This document shows positions 1 through 9,047 of a stretch of DNA of 64,000 nucleotides, one piece after another. The translations under genes and the position numbers were made by a program. Every line of letters starts with the position of its first letter. Within the stretch, counting starts at the first letter, position 1. The stretch is from an uncultured Gammaproteobacteria bacterium (lineage in GTDB: Bacteria > Patescibacteriota > Patescibacteriia > Patescibacteriales > GWC2-42-12), in contig CAZLKB010000004.1 of the NCBI GenBank assembly GCA_964560005.1, positions 12,112 through 76,111 of the forward strand, read 5' to 3'. Under the pieces are notes generated by a model. The model was not told the origin of the DNA and ran no database searches. It was given only the letters and a program-made list of their open reading frames with translations.

Positions 1-496
1 GCGCCTTGCCGGTTAAGCCGGCTTTAATAACGGTCTTTGTATAATTACCCTGGGTTAATAATGTCCGATAGATTTCCGGGTTGACCGGCCTGGGGCCGAC
101 TAGGCTCATATCGCCTCTAAATATATTAAACAGCTGGGGCAGCTCGTCCAAATAAATTTTTTGCAATATTTTTCCCACCCGCGATAAGCTATGTCCATCG
201 CGCTCCAGCACTTTGGTGTGTATGAAAATTTTATTTTTCTTCAGGCGGGCGATAACATCGGGTTTAAAAATATTAAGTTTTATCAAATTAAAAGGCTGTC
301 CCATTGATATCCTAGTTTCTGTATAAAATAACGGGGCGAAAATTTTCCCGGTAATTACATGCTCAAGGAATATCAGTGATAACAAAATTAGTAAAAACGG
401 TGAAGTGATTACCAATAATAGAGCGGAAAAGATTATATCAAACAATCTTTTGAGCCTAGGCAGGGTAATTTTTTTAACATTATCCGGGTAATCCAT
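1..496 (-). CDS. Bacterial sugar transferase (polyprenyl-phosphate glycosyl-1-phosphate transferase family), N-terminal part; C-terminus runs off the window
   Basis: Own translation from the ATG at 494-496: MDYPDNVKKITLPRLKRLFDIIFSALLLVITSPFLLILL...LDELPQLFNIFRGDMSLVGPRP. The LDELPQL..GDMSLVGPRP block is the signature of this family. It is absent from the ORF track because no stop codon lies inside the window. Confidence 0.8.
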   Translation of the reverse strand, partial: MDYPDNVKKITLPRLKRLFDIIFSALLLVITSPFLLILLSLIFLEHVITGKIFAPLFYTETRISMGQPFNLIKLNIFKPDVIARLKKNKIFIHTKVLERDGHSLSRVGKILQKIYLDELPQLFNIFRGDMSLVGPRPVNPEIYRTLLTQGNYTKTVIKAGLTGKA

Positions 497-629
497 GGCT
501 ATATTCTATCACAAAAAAATTATCATCTCAATTCTTGAAATAATAAATTCCTCAATATAATAATCTCAAACCGCTCCGGGTTGAAGCCTTAAAATAAAAG
601 CCCACAGCGTCCCTCTCGGCTTATAATAC

Positions 630-660
630 AAAAATAAGGCTCATCAAAGCCTTATTTTTA
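630..660 (-). terminator. Hairpin terminator after the sigma-factor operon
   Basis: AAATAAGGC (632-640) pairs with GCCTTATTT (649-657), with A/T runs on both sides. It lies about 30 nt beyond the stop of 689..1096. Confidence 0.5.
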
Positions 661-688
661 TTAAACAAAAATTGTGAATAACTTTAAC

Positions 689-1096
689 CTACTTTACTGC
701 CTGCTCCGCGTGATCGCAAATACCGTTTTTATCAGCGTCAATGAAATTGGCGCTTTTTCCCGTACCGCCATTATTCATCCGGCAGCCGCCATTCTGCCCG
801 CTGGCGCTATTTTTCATGCCGCAGCCTCCGGCGCCGCCTTTGCCGCGCCCCTGTCCTAAGCCCAGTTCGGTGCGAATTTTTTGCGCCTCTATATAATTAC
901 CCTCGGCCATCAATTGGTGCATCTTAGTAAACCGGTCAAAGTTCTGCTCGGTTACCGCGCTGGCGGCGCGGCCGCCGTTGTTGCCGATTACCGAACGCCA
1001 AGCTTCATAATTATTACCGGCCGCGTAAGCCACTGAAGCGGCCAACAAAGCCATAACACCGACGCCCAATCCGGCTAAAAGATACTTTTTTTTCAT
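689..1096 (-). CDS. Small secreted protein with a Gly/Asn/Cys-rich C-terminal half, function unknown
   Basis: 135-aa ORF with a signal-peptide-like N-terminus (MKKKYLLAGLGVGVMALLAASVAYA). The tail reads GGAGGCGM..NGGCRM..DKNGICDH. It is the last gene downstream of the ECF sigma. Confidence 0.6.
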   Translation of the reverse strand: MKKKYLLAGLGVGVMALLAASVAYAAGNNYEAWRSVIGNNGGRAASAVTEQNFDRFTKMHQLMAEGNYIEAQKIRTELGLGQGRGKGGAGGCGMKNSASGQNGGCRMNNGGTGKSANFIDADKNGICDHAEQAVK

Positions 1097-1166
1097 ATTT
1101 ATTTATTAATTATTAAATGAAAGCTGGTGCTTTCACTTATAATACGCGGATCCCGGGTTTTTTCTT

Positions 1167-1898
1167 TCACTGTTTTATCATTCCGCAGAAGCCGGCGCCT
1201 TGAGCCCTGCCGCAACCGCCTGACCCCTGCCAGGGGCGCACTTCCTCGACGGTAAAATTATCCCCGGCGGCCAGGCCGATTAATTTAATTTTAAGATCAA
1301 TTTCCGGCCTTAAATTATGCCTCCAAACAGCTTGAGCCGTATCAATAATCCAAATTTTTCCATCAAGGTCGCGCAAGCTATAGCTATTATCACTCCGAAT
1401 GTTAATTATTTTTCCGGCTAATAATCCGTCGTCCGGCTTCTGCCAAACTTCTTTCATGTACGCTTCCCTGTTTTGATACAACGGCACCGAACTAAAAAAT
1501 TTATCCGCCCGCCGGCTTATGCCGAAATAATTAAACAACCAACCGGCCGTGACTGCCAAAAACAATAAAACCAAACCAATCTTTATAAATGAATAACGAT
1601 AACCCCGCCCGATATTGCGAAAATCGAGCGAAGCTAAAAATCCACCCAGAATAATCAATCCGATTAAAATCAGCGGCATTCGCCCGAAAAATAATCCAAA
1701 ACCAAACCGGCCGCCATGAATCCATGGATTATCAGTCCAAAAATACCATAAGAGTCCAAGTGACATGATAATCAAAAAAATGAATAACATTAAACCCGCC
1801 CACTGCCCGCCGTCACGCAGCCTAAATCGCCAACCGGGCAAGGGCTTAAGGTGTTCATTTTTTATTTTACTCAATATTTTGTCGGAAATAGCGCTCAT
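1167..1898 (-). CDS. Polytopic membrane protein directly downstream of the ECF sigma (candidate anti-sigma/sensor, unproven)
   Basis: 243-aa ORF separated by a 4-nt gap from the sigma gene. About 4 hydrophobic helices occupy residues 30-125. A soluble C-terminal domain ends GSGGCGRAQGAGFCGMIKQ. Confidence 0.55.
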   Translation of the reverse strand: MSAISDKILSKIKNEHLKPLPGWRFRLRDGGQWAGLMLFIFLIIMSLGLLWYFWTDNPWIHGGRFGFGLFFGRMPLILIGLIILGGFLASLDFRNIGRGYRYSFIKIGLVLLFLAVTAGWLFNYFGISRRADKFFSSVPLYQNREAYMKEVWQKPDDGLLAGKIINIRSDNSYSLRDLDGKIWIIDTAQAVWRHNLRPEIDLKIKLIGLAAGDNFTVEEVRPWQGSGGCGRAQGAGFCGMIKQ

Positions 1899-1902
1899 AT
1901 TA

Positions 1903-2475
1903 TTAATTTAATAATTCCTCTTTCACCAGCTTGGCGAATTTCTTCTTAGCCCGGTTAACCAGGGTGGCGATCGTGCCCATTGGTTTTTTTAGAATATCAG
2001 ACATCTCGCTATAGTCTTTTTCTTCAAAAAACTTTAAAATAAGAATTTCCCGGTATTTTGGATCAATTTGCTCAAGAATGATTTTAGTTTTATTTTTTAG
2101 AATCTCCCGGTCAAACTCAGCCCCGGGGTAACTCTCGCGCACCAGCTCCTGCCACGGTTCAAAATCTTCCAGCTTTACCGTTGGCTTAACATTCGCTTTG
2201 CGGAAGGCGCTAATCGTTTGGTTGTGCGCGATACGATAAATCCAGCTGGAAAATTTAAACTTTTTGTTAAAATCATTCAATCGCAGATAGATGTTCAAAA
2301 AAACTTCCTGCAAAATATCCTCTGAATCCGTTGTGCCGCCGCCAAGCCTAACAACATAACGCCGCAAAGCCTCGGTATAGCGATTAACCAAACAGGCATA
2401 ATAATCCGGGTTAATTAACGCTTTTTCGACCAAGATATCATCCGTATATTTTTGACACTCTGATTCTAGAATCAT
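1903..2475 (-). CDS. ECF-type RNA polymerase sigma-70 family factor
   Basis: 190 aa. The region-2-like block is DILQEVFLNIYLRLNDFNKKFKFSSWIYRIAHNQTISAFRK. The region-4 HTH block is YREILILKFFEEKDYSEMSDILKKPMGTIATLVNRAKKKF. Confidence 0.85.
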   Translation of the reverse strand: MILESECQKYTDDILVEKALINPDYYACLVNRYTEALRRYVVRLGGGTTDSEDILQEVFLNIYLRLNDFNKKFKFSSWIYRIAHNQTISAFRKANVKPTVKLEDFEPWQELVRESYPGAEFDREILKNKTKIILEQIDPKYREILILKFFEEKDYSEMSDILKKPMGTIATLVNRAKKKFAKLVKEELLN

Positions 2476-2530
2476 AGTTAAAGTATATCATTATTAATAC
2501 GCTTTACAGAAGTTTTTCTTTCATGGCTGA

Positions 2531-2564
2531 AAACGACCGGCCTCCTTCTAGGGGTCGGTCGTTT
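2531..2564 (-). terminator. Hairpin terminator after the Memo-like gene
   Basis: ACGACCG (2533-2539) pairs with CGGTCGT (2556-2562), followed on the minus strand by TTTTC. The same GACCG..GGTCGGTCG stem words recur at 18106-18133. Confidence 0.5.
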
Positions 2565-2629
2565 ATAACTTTATTTATCCGGCTCCGCCGGCTAAAACAT
2601 GCTAAAACCGATTTAAACGAGTTTAACAA

Positions 2630-3541
2630 TTATTCACTGATAAAAGCAATCCCGAAATAGCTGGTAGTGGCCGCCGGTTTAGAGATGGCGTAATCAAAAG
2701 AGTTGTTATGCCGGATAAAAGAAGCTTTAAGGCCAGCTTGCTCGGCCAAGAGCATTGCCATAGCCAGGCCGGCCGGCGAATCCACATAGTCATTATTTAA
2801 ACCGTAAATTTTATCTATTAAAAAATTTTCTATTAAACTCTTGGTTTCTTCGTCTTTTAAATCCGCTTCCCCCTTGGTTAGGTAGTGGGAAAAGTCCAGC
2901 GAAAAAATAACCAAGCTGTTTTTCCCCAAGCGGCTTTTAAGCCAGCCGCTTAGTTTTTCAGCTTCAACTTTCCCGGCATAAGAAGACAAAACTATAGGCA
3001 GGACTCGCGCCTGGGGCAAATAATGCTTAATAAACGGCATGATGGCGCCGACCGAATGTTCATTCGCCAAAGCCGATGGGTTAGGCTCAAGCCGGTTATC
3101 GGTTAAAAATGATTTCACCAGTTTATCGTCGGCGAGCAAATCGCCTTCCGGCGTTTGCCAATTAACCGGCGCGCTAGCCAGCGGTTCGCGGCCGACATTA
3201 CTGTGGTTTGGCCCGATCACAACCACCGTATCAATCGGCCGGCCGCTGGCCGTTTTTAAGAGTTCGGCGATAATATCGGCGCCGACTAAGTGATGCGGCA
3301 CGATAATCGCGTAGACATCAGGTCTGGGCGCTATTTCACCGGCCTTTTTTACGGCCGGCAAAAATTGTTCCCGGCTATAAAAACTATCTTGCGTCTCCAC
3401 TATGGGCAAACCTGAAATATTTTTTCGGTCAGCCGGAGGCGGTGATAATTTTAACGACTTGATAAACCAAAAACAAAGTAGAAAAACCAAGCAGCAGCTT
3501 ATGCCGGAAATAATAATTATTATATTAGCTCGCTTATTCAT
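2630..3541 (-). CDS. Membrane-anchored Memo-like / AmmeMemoRadiSam-system-protein-B-like protein
   Basis: 303 aa with an N-terminal TM helix. The motifs IIVPHHLVG, VIGPNHSN and SLDFSHYL resemble the His-rich Memo/LigB-type fold. Its start overlaps the A2M stop by 1 nt (TAATG). Confidence 0.5.
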   Translation of the reverse strand: MNKRANIIIIISGISCCLVFLLCFWFIKSLKLSPPPADRKNISGLPIVETQDSFYSREQFLPAVKKAGEIAPRPDVYAIIVPHHLVGADIIAELLKTASGRPIDTVVVIGPNHSNVGREPLASAPVNWQTPEGDLLADDKLVKSFLTDNRLEPNPSALANEHSVGAIMPFIKHYLPQARVLPIVLSSYAGKVEAEKLSGWLKSRLGKNSLVIFSLDFSHYLTKGEADLKDEETKSLIENFLIDKIYGLNNDYVDSPAGLAMAMLLAEQAGLKASFIRHNNSFDYAISKPAATTSYFGIAFISE

Positions 3542-6500
3542 TATTCGGTAATGGTTAGGCTTTGGGAATTAGAGTAATTGATAAAATCGGGGTTGATAAA
3601 CGATTGGATAATGGCGGGTTCGGCTAAATAGGCTCCGCGATTTTTAACCCGCGCGTAATACTTAATATAATTCCCGGCGCAATAACTGTTGCGCCAATCC
3701 CGATTAATAAAATATTTCACCATTTGCCCGTCGGTGTTATAGGGGTACCAATAATTGCAGTCATAGCGAGAACCGCGATAATATATTTTCGTAACCGGCG
3801 CCAAGCCGCTCGGCAATATATCGGTAATCTGGTAATCGCCGGACAGAGCTGATTTCTTAAAAACCGGATAGAGCCTGACTTCCACCAAATCGTTTTCCTT
3901 AAAGCGCAGAGTTGACACTCCGTTAACATAATATTCGCGGGTGATGTTTATATCGCTGTCACGTTTAACTTTATTTAAGTCCAACTGTTCAATATAGCGC
4001 ACGGAAATTCCCACTTCGCCGGTAATGGACTTAAAATTAAGGCTGGCGGCTTGCTCCGGCGCCAGTTGGAAAAAATATAAATTACTGCCGGTGACATTGG
4101 CTTCCTTGGTTTCGCCGGACAATTCGTAAGTCACCTTGGCCGGGCTGGGTTTTAAATTAGGCAGAACCTGCTTTATATAATTTAATTTTTCCAAATTAAA
4201 CAGATTTTCGCTATTTTTATTTTCGCCGTATAAAACCTGATTCTCGTCTAAATATTTAAACAAGCCCTGAGCTTCTTTAATATCCAGCGAAGCGGCCAAG
4301 ACGGCGGCTACGGCCGTAGCTTGAAAGACTTCATCGTAATTATTGCTGACGCGGATGATTATTTGCGGTAATTTTTCCTCGCCGTATTGCTTTAAAACTT
4401 CGTAAAAAATTGTCTGACTTAACTCTTTAGCTCCTAAATCAACCAGCGCTTGAGCTAGATACAGACGCTCCTTAGGGTTTAAGTCGGTCCGCTTGAGCCA
4501 AGAATTAATTCGGGTCAGAACCGGCTCGCCCAGTTCGGCCAAACCGAACAAGGCATAACTTATTTCTTCGCGGTTAGCCTTATCGTCTTCCAGTTTATTA
4601 AAGAAGTATTGGGCTAAAGAAATTTTGTCAAACGGCTCCGCGCCCAAGGCTGATACTCTGGCGGAAAATTCCAAATCTTCGCCGCTATACGGCAGTAAAG
4701 CCAGGCCGCCGGTGGAAAGCTGATAATCAAAAGGGTTAAAAGCCGGTTCAATAATATCTTCTTGGTAATATTTTTTTAAGGTCTCCCGGCTTAATTTACG
4801 AACATATTTTTGATCAAGGCGGTCGCCCCAGGACCAGCTTAAACTCAACAGCGGGTCATATAGTTCATTCCGTCCCAAATCGCTTAACACCACGGCTATG
4901 GGAAAATTATTAATCGCTTTTACCTTAGTTTCAATAGTCAACCGGCTGCTGGTAGAAGTCTGCCCCGCCAGCCGGGAACTAATCGCCTTTAGCGGCAGTT
5001 TAATGGAGTCGTTGCCTTTGGCTGATTTTAATTCATAAACGATTTTGTGCTCGCCTAAAGACAGCGCCGGTAAATTATAATAAACCGGCTTAAAGGCCGA
5101 GGCGGAAAGAACCGGTGATTTATCCAAACCCAGAGTCGGAGCTGACAACGAGAAATCAACTTTGTCTACGGCCGCCAAAGCGGTGCCATAGGCGCGCAGG
5201 CGCGCTGAAGGCTTATCCGCGGTTAAATATTCATCACCGATAGTAACTTCGGCGAAAACCGGCAAAGACACCGGAATTTTTGCCACGCTTACCCCGGCCC
5301 ATAAATCTTTAGTCAGGCCCTGCGCGGTCACGCGCCAAGAAGTGATGTTATCAGGTAATTTAAATTCAACGGTTGCCCGGCCGCCGCTATCGGCGCGGAC
5401 TGATTGAAAGACGGCGGCATCGGTAAAATACTCTCTGGCTCCGCCGCCCTTTTCCGCGTTATGAACCCAAATGCCATCGGCAATATAAGTATGCTCCGGA
5501 TCAATGCCAAGATTGTAGACTTTGACCAATTCATGCTTTGTTTCTATCTCGCGCACCAAGACTTTTTCTTTGGCCGGAGACCAAAGCCAGTCGCCCACTT
5601 TCAGGCGGCCGGCGTCAACAAAATGATTATTGGCGAAAACCTGGTGTTCCGGAGTAATCTTGATTTTTTTATTGATGATCAGGTATTCACCGACCAAGTG
5701 CTCAACCACTTCTTCTACCCGGCCAGAAGTTAATTGCCGGCTGACCGGGTCGTTAAAGGTTAGAACCTGGTCGCCTACTACCATTTTTTCTATCGGCTTA
5801 TTGGTACCGTCGACCAATAAGATATTGGTCCCGGCGAGGAAACAACCGCCTTTTTCCGCGCCGCTGGAATTATCCACCAGGCTGGCGTGAGTTGAAAAAG
5901 CGATTAAAGTGCCCATACCAACTCCGGTATAGATTGATTCTAAGGGGGCGGCCGTATCTTCGGCTACCGCGTAATAGGCTTCATCCACTAAATTTATGTT
6001 TATTTCCGCCGGCAACGGCTTATTATTCCTGTCGGTTACCGCTATATTTAATTTGACATTCTCGCCCGGCAAATAACTTTTTTTATCGGTTTGTATATTG
6101 ACTTTTAGTTCCCTGTCCGCTGCCTTAAAATTAGCTGATTCGCCCCAGTAGCTCGCGCCAGTGGAGTGGTACGACCGGCCGTCAAAATAAACTCCAACCA
6201 AGTTGACATTCGGCACATCGCGGGATTCAAAAGCGAAGCTGTATTCGTTTTTACCGGCTACCTGATATTCTTGCAAGCCATTTTGTAGCTGCAGATAGAG
6301 AAAGCGGTTATTGCCGTTTTGCACCGGCTCATCATTTTTCTTGAAAATCGCCTTGACTTGATCGTTAATTGAGTAGGTTTTATTTTGCTGAGTTACGGGA
6401 TCGGCTAAGTTCAAATGATAATATTGGTAATTAAAGCCGTCGTAGCGATTAAGAGAAACGCCGTCATAGTAATATAAATAACTGATTCTTTTGTCAAATC

Positions 6501-9036
6501 GTGCCTGGCTGTCAATAAAGCGATACTTAAGTTGGTAGGAAATTTCCGGTTCAAGCGGCTGGTTAAAAATATATTTGCCGTCTTGGTCCGTTGTACCGCT
6601 AAAGCTCCTGACTTTTTCCTCTCGCCTGTCGTAGCTGTAAGTCTTATAACTGGTTTTGTTGATAAAGTCGTAGGCCGTGCCGGTTTCTTTCTTGGTATAT
6701 GAAATCTTTATTAAATCGCCTTCAATTCTAATCCCGGCCGCGGGCAAGTCGCCTAAGCTCCGGCTCCCCGACTGGTCGGCTTCCAGTTTAGCCAAATCAA
6801 TTAACTTGGCGGTCATCTCCAGCTGGCCTTGGCCTTTGGCCGGATAAATGGTCTTGCTTTCCAGATAGGCTTTCGGGCCGTAAAAATTAATATATGTTTC
6901 AGCGCTGATTTCCGCCAATTCGGAATTTTCCGGAGCGATTGATAGCCTGCTTGATTTCGGCCAACAACCGTAATCATCCGGGCAATCAATATAATTTTCT
7001 GTATAGGTTAAATCAGCCTCCCCGTTCTCGTCGGTGGTAAATATTTTTACTGTTTTTTCCGGAGTTTCAAATTTAAGCGATAAGGCCGGTACCGGAGTGC
7101 CTTCAAAAAAACTGGCTTTAACTTTTAAATTAACCGTATCGCCGGCGAAAGCGGCGTGGCGATCCGGCACCAGGCTTAATTGAAAAGCCGGCTTGGTATA
7201 AGGCATGATGGTGATATAGCTTCGCCTAACCACGGTTTCGCCGATTTTTAATTCCAGGGTGTAATAATCCGGCCGCAAATTTTTTATCGCCATCTCGCCT
7301 TTAAAGCTATTCAAATCGCCGATGTTTAACTCCTGGGTCATAATGGCTATGGGTTGGTAATAATAATCAACATAGCCTTCTTTAAAAAGCGTTAAAGTGG
7401 CTTTTCCATTTAAAGATTCGGAGCCGCGGTTTTTAACCAAGCCCCAATATTTTATGGTGTCGGTCGCTTGATAGCGCGGCCGATCGGTATAAAGATAGAG
7501 CCAGTAATCATCGGCCGCGATCGGACGGTTCCACCACCAATTATGAGATATTTGCGAGGCCGGTAAAATCAAGATATTATTATCTTTGGTTAATTTAAAA
7601 TATTGTCGCTTAGCGGCTTTTTCATCGGTAGAGCTATTTAATATCTCAGCCGGCGTATTAAATACCGCCACGCCCTGCGCGTCGGTTAAAACCGACAATG
7701 GATTATCAAGCAATTCCAGTCTAACCCCGCTAACCGGACTCTTGGTCAGGCTATTATTTAGCCAAAAAATCGTCTGGGTTTTTGTCACATTGTAATAAGC
7801 TGATAAATCGCTTACTTGCAGCCAGACCTGCACTTTACTGCCGTTGTTTTTTAATTCGGCCAAATAAAATCCCGGGGGCATTTTTTCCGGAAATTCTATA
7901 TATTTTATCTGGTTGCTGACTTTCACCGGCACGGTAAAGGCGCTGGCCTTTTTCAATTTGGCCGTATCCAGCAAGAAATCGTCCTTACTATAAGACCACC
8001 AGGGCAGGTTATCGCGTTCACGAATTGACTTTAAATATTCCTGCCAATCATTAAAACGAAAAGTTTCAACTTCCAGCTTATCGGGCGCCGCGTATGAAGA
8101 TACTTGTATGATCGGCGGGTATTGGGAGTCGCTTTCAATTAAGCGGTTATAAACTCCATACCAATCATTGGATCTAGAGTCGCTAGCCAGTTGAGTTTCA
8201 AAAGTAAAAATATAATCGGAGGCCAGGGTTTCCGCCGATTCGGCCAGCGGCAAACCGCGCTTAATCGTAACTTGATATAGAGTTCTGAAATTTAAGTTTG
8301 TTTCCGGAATAAAGACTAAAGTACGGCCATGCCGTTCAAACTCGCCCTTAACCGATGGATTAATGGAAAAATATTTTTCGTAATCGTAATAATTATCGTG
8401 GCTAAAAGTTATTTCAACGCCGGAATTAACCGGAACATTCGTGCCGGCGTCGCGAGGAATGCTATGAAGCACTTTAAAACTATCTTTAACCTGATAGACC
8501 CAGGAATAATCCCGTTCTTGGGTTTGATTATTTTCGTCAACAAAGGCCGTGGCCAAAGCAATCCGCACCAGCGTATTAGCCGGCAGAGCCCGGCGCGGCG
8601 CTATCTGCCATTCGGTATCGGAAATTTTTTTAAAATCATAAGGAAAATCAGGCTGAATCCGCAAATTATCTTTAATTAAATTCACATCCAGCGGTTCTTT
8701 GCTCTTTATAACATAAACCGTATCAGCCTTAACGCCCAAGCTGTCAATATTTAGCGGTTTTAAAGTAAAATTATCGCTGGCATTAGCGACGCTGATAATC
8801 AATTTTGAAAAGCCGCTAAACAAATCTTGGCTTTCCGGAGTCTGGCCGCCGGAAGGACCGGTTGTTCGCGTAGAAAAATAAAAAAATGCTGTTGCTGACG
8901 CGACTAATAAAATTAACAGCGAAGCCGCGCCTACTCCGGGCCAAATTCGTTTATTTTTCTTATCCGGCTGGAGCGGCGAGGAAGGCTCGGCCGGGGGCAT
9001 ATTTTCCCTTACCGGCGGATTATGTTCGTTTTCCAT
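3541..9036 (-). CDS. Membrane-anchored alpha-2-macroglobulin-like protein with no CxEQ thioester motif, interrupted by a Hint/intein-like domain
   Basis: The ORF runs 3541..9102. The probable start is M23 (ATG 9034-9036, MENEHNPP), because the upstream codons overlap the neighbouring gene. TM helix: GVGAASLLILLVASATAFFYF. The A2M-family block REYFTDAAVFQSV..GRATVEFKLPDNITSWRVTAQG follows the insert. I found no C-x-E-Q anywhere in the translation. Confidence 0.7.
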   Translation of the reverse strand: MENEHNPPVRENMPPAEPSSPLQPDKKNKRIWPGVGAASLLILLVASATAFFYFSTRTTGPSGGQTPESQDLFSGFSKLIISVANASDNFTLKPLNIDSLGVKADTVYVIKSKEPLDVNLIKDNLRIQPDFPYDFKKISDTEWQIAPRRALPANTLVRIALATAFVDENNQTQERDYSWVYQVKDSFKVLHSIPRDAGTNVPVNSGVEITFSHDNYYDYEKYFSINPSVKGEFERHGRTLVFIPETNLNFRTLYQVTIKRGLPLAESAETLASDYIFTFETQLASDSRSNDWYGVYNRLIESDSQYPPIIQVSSYAAPDKLEVETFRFNDWQEYLKSIRERDNLPWWSYSKDDFLLDTAKLKKASAFTVPVKVSNQIKYIEFPEKMPPGFYLAELKNNGSKVQVWLQVSDLSAYYNVTKTQTIFWLNNSLTKSPVSGVRLELLDNPLSVLTDAQGVAVFNTPAEILNSSTDEKAAKRQYFKLTKDNNILILPASQISHNWWWNRPIAADDYWLYLYTDRPRYQATDTIKYWGLVKNRGSESLNGKATLTLFKEGYVDYYYQPIAIMTQELNIGDLNSFKGEMAIKNLRPDYYTLELKIGETVVRRSYITIMPYTKPAFQLSLVPDRHAAFAGDTVNLKVKASFFEGTPVPALSLKFETPEKTVKIFTTDENGEADLTYTENYIDCPDDYGCWPKSSRLSIAPENSELAEISAETYINFYGPKAYLESKTIYPAKGQGQLEMTAKLIDLAKLEADQSGSRSLGDLPAAGIRIEGDLIKISYTKKETGTAYDFINKTSYKTYSYDRREEKVRSFSGTTDQDGKYIFNQPLEPEISYQLKYRFIDSQARFDKRISYLYYYDGVSLNRYDGFNYQYYHLNLADPVTQQNKTYSINDQVKAIFKKNDEPVQNGNNRFLYLQLQNGLQEYQVAGKNEYSFAFESRDVPNVNLVGVYFDGRSYHSTGASYWGESANFKAADRELKVNIQTDKKSYLPGENVKLNIAVTDRNNKPLPAEININLVDEAYYAVAEDTAAPLESIYTGVGMGTLIAFSTHASLVDNSSGAEKGGCFLAGTNILLVDGTNKPIEKMVVGDQVLTFNDPVSRQLTSGRVEEVVEHLVGEYLIINKKIKITPEHQVFANNHFVDAGRLKVGDWLWSPAKEKVLVREIETKHELVKVYNLGIDPEHTYIADGIWVHNAEKGGGAREYFTDAAVFQSVRADSGGRATVEFKLPDNITSWRVTAQGLTKDLWAGVSVAKIPVSLPVFAEVTIGDEYLTADKPSARLRAYGTALAAVDKVDFSLSAPTLGLDKSPVLSASAFKPVYYNLPALSLGEHKIVYELKSAKGNDSIKLPLKAISSRLAGQTSTSSRLTIETKVKAINNFPIAVVLSDLGRNELYDPLLSLSWSWGDRLDQKYVRKLSRETLKKYYQEDIIEPAFNPFDYQLSTGGLALLPYSGEDLEFSARVSALGAEPFDKISLAQYFFNKLEDDKANREEISYALFGLAELGEPVLTRINSWLKRTDLNPKERLYLAQALVDLGAKELSQTIFYEVLKQYGEEKLPQIIIRVSNNYDEVFQATAVAAVLAASLDIKEAQGLFKYLDENQVLYGENKNSENLFNLEKLNYIKQVLPNLKPSPAKVTYELSGETKEANVTGSNLYFFQLAPEQAASLNFKSITGEVGISVRYIEQLDLNKVKRDSDINITREYYVNGVSTLRFKENDLVEVRLYPVFKKSALSGDYQITDILPSGLAPVTKIYYRGSRYDCNYWYPYNTDGQMVKYFINRDWRNSYCAGNYIKYYARVKNRGAYLAEPAIIQSFINPDFINYSNSQSLTITE
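5458..5844 (-). other. 129-aa Hint (mini-intein / bacterial intein-like) domain inside the A2M-like ORF
   Basis: Block A is CFLAGTNILLVDG (Cys codon 5842-5844). Block B is KITPEHQVF (TxxH). Blocks F/G are VYNLGIDPEHTYIADGIWVHN (Asn codon 5458-5460). The next residue is Ala. There is no endonuclease domain. Confidence 0.8.
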
Positions 9037-9047
9037 AAAATTATTAA

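Noticed and set aside
5458-5844. Canonical self-splicing intein
   Set aside because: All Hint blocks are present, but the +1 residue after the terminal Asn is Ala, not Cys, Ser or Thr. Standard splicing chemistry is therefore not supported, and I report it as a Hint/BIL-like domain instead.
3541-9036. Thioester-forming (CxEQ) alpha-2-macroglobulin
   Set aside because: I scanned the translation and found no C-x-E-Q. The two EQ dipeptides (APEQAA, YIEQLD) have no Cys two residues upstream.
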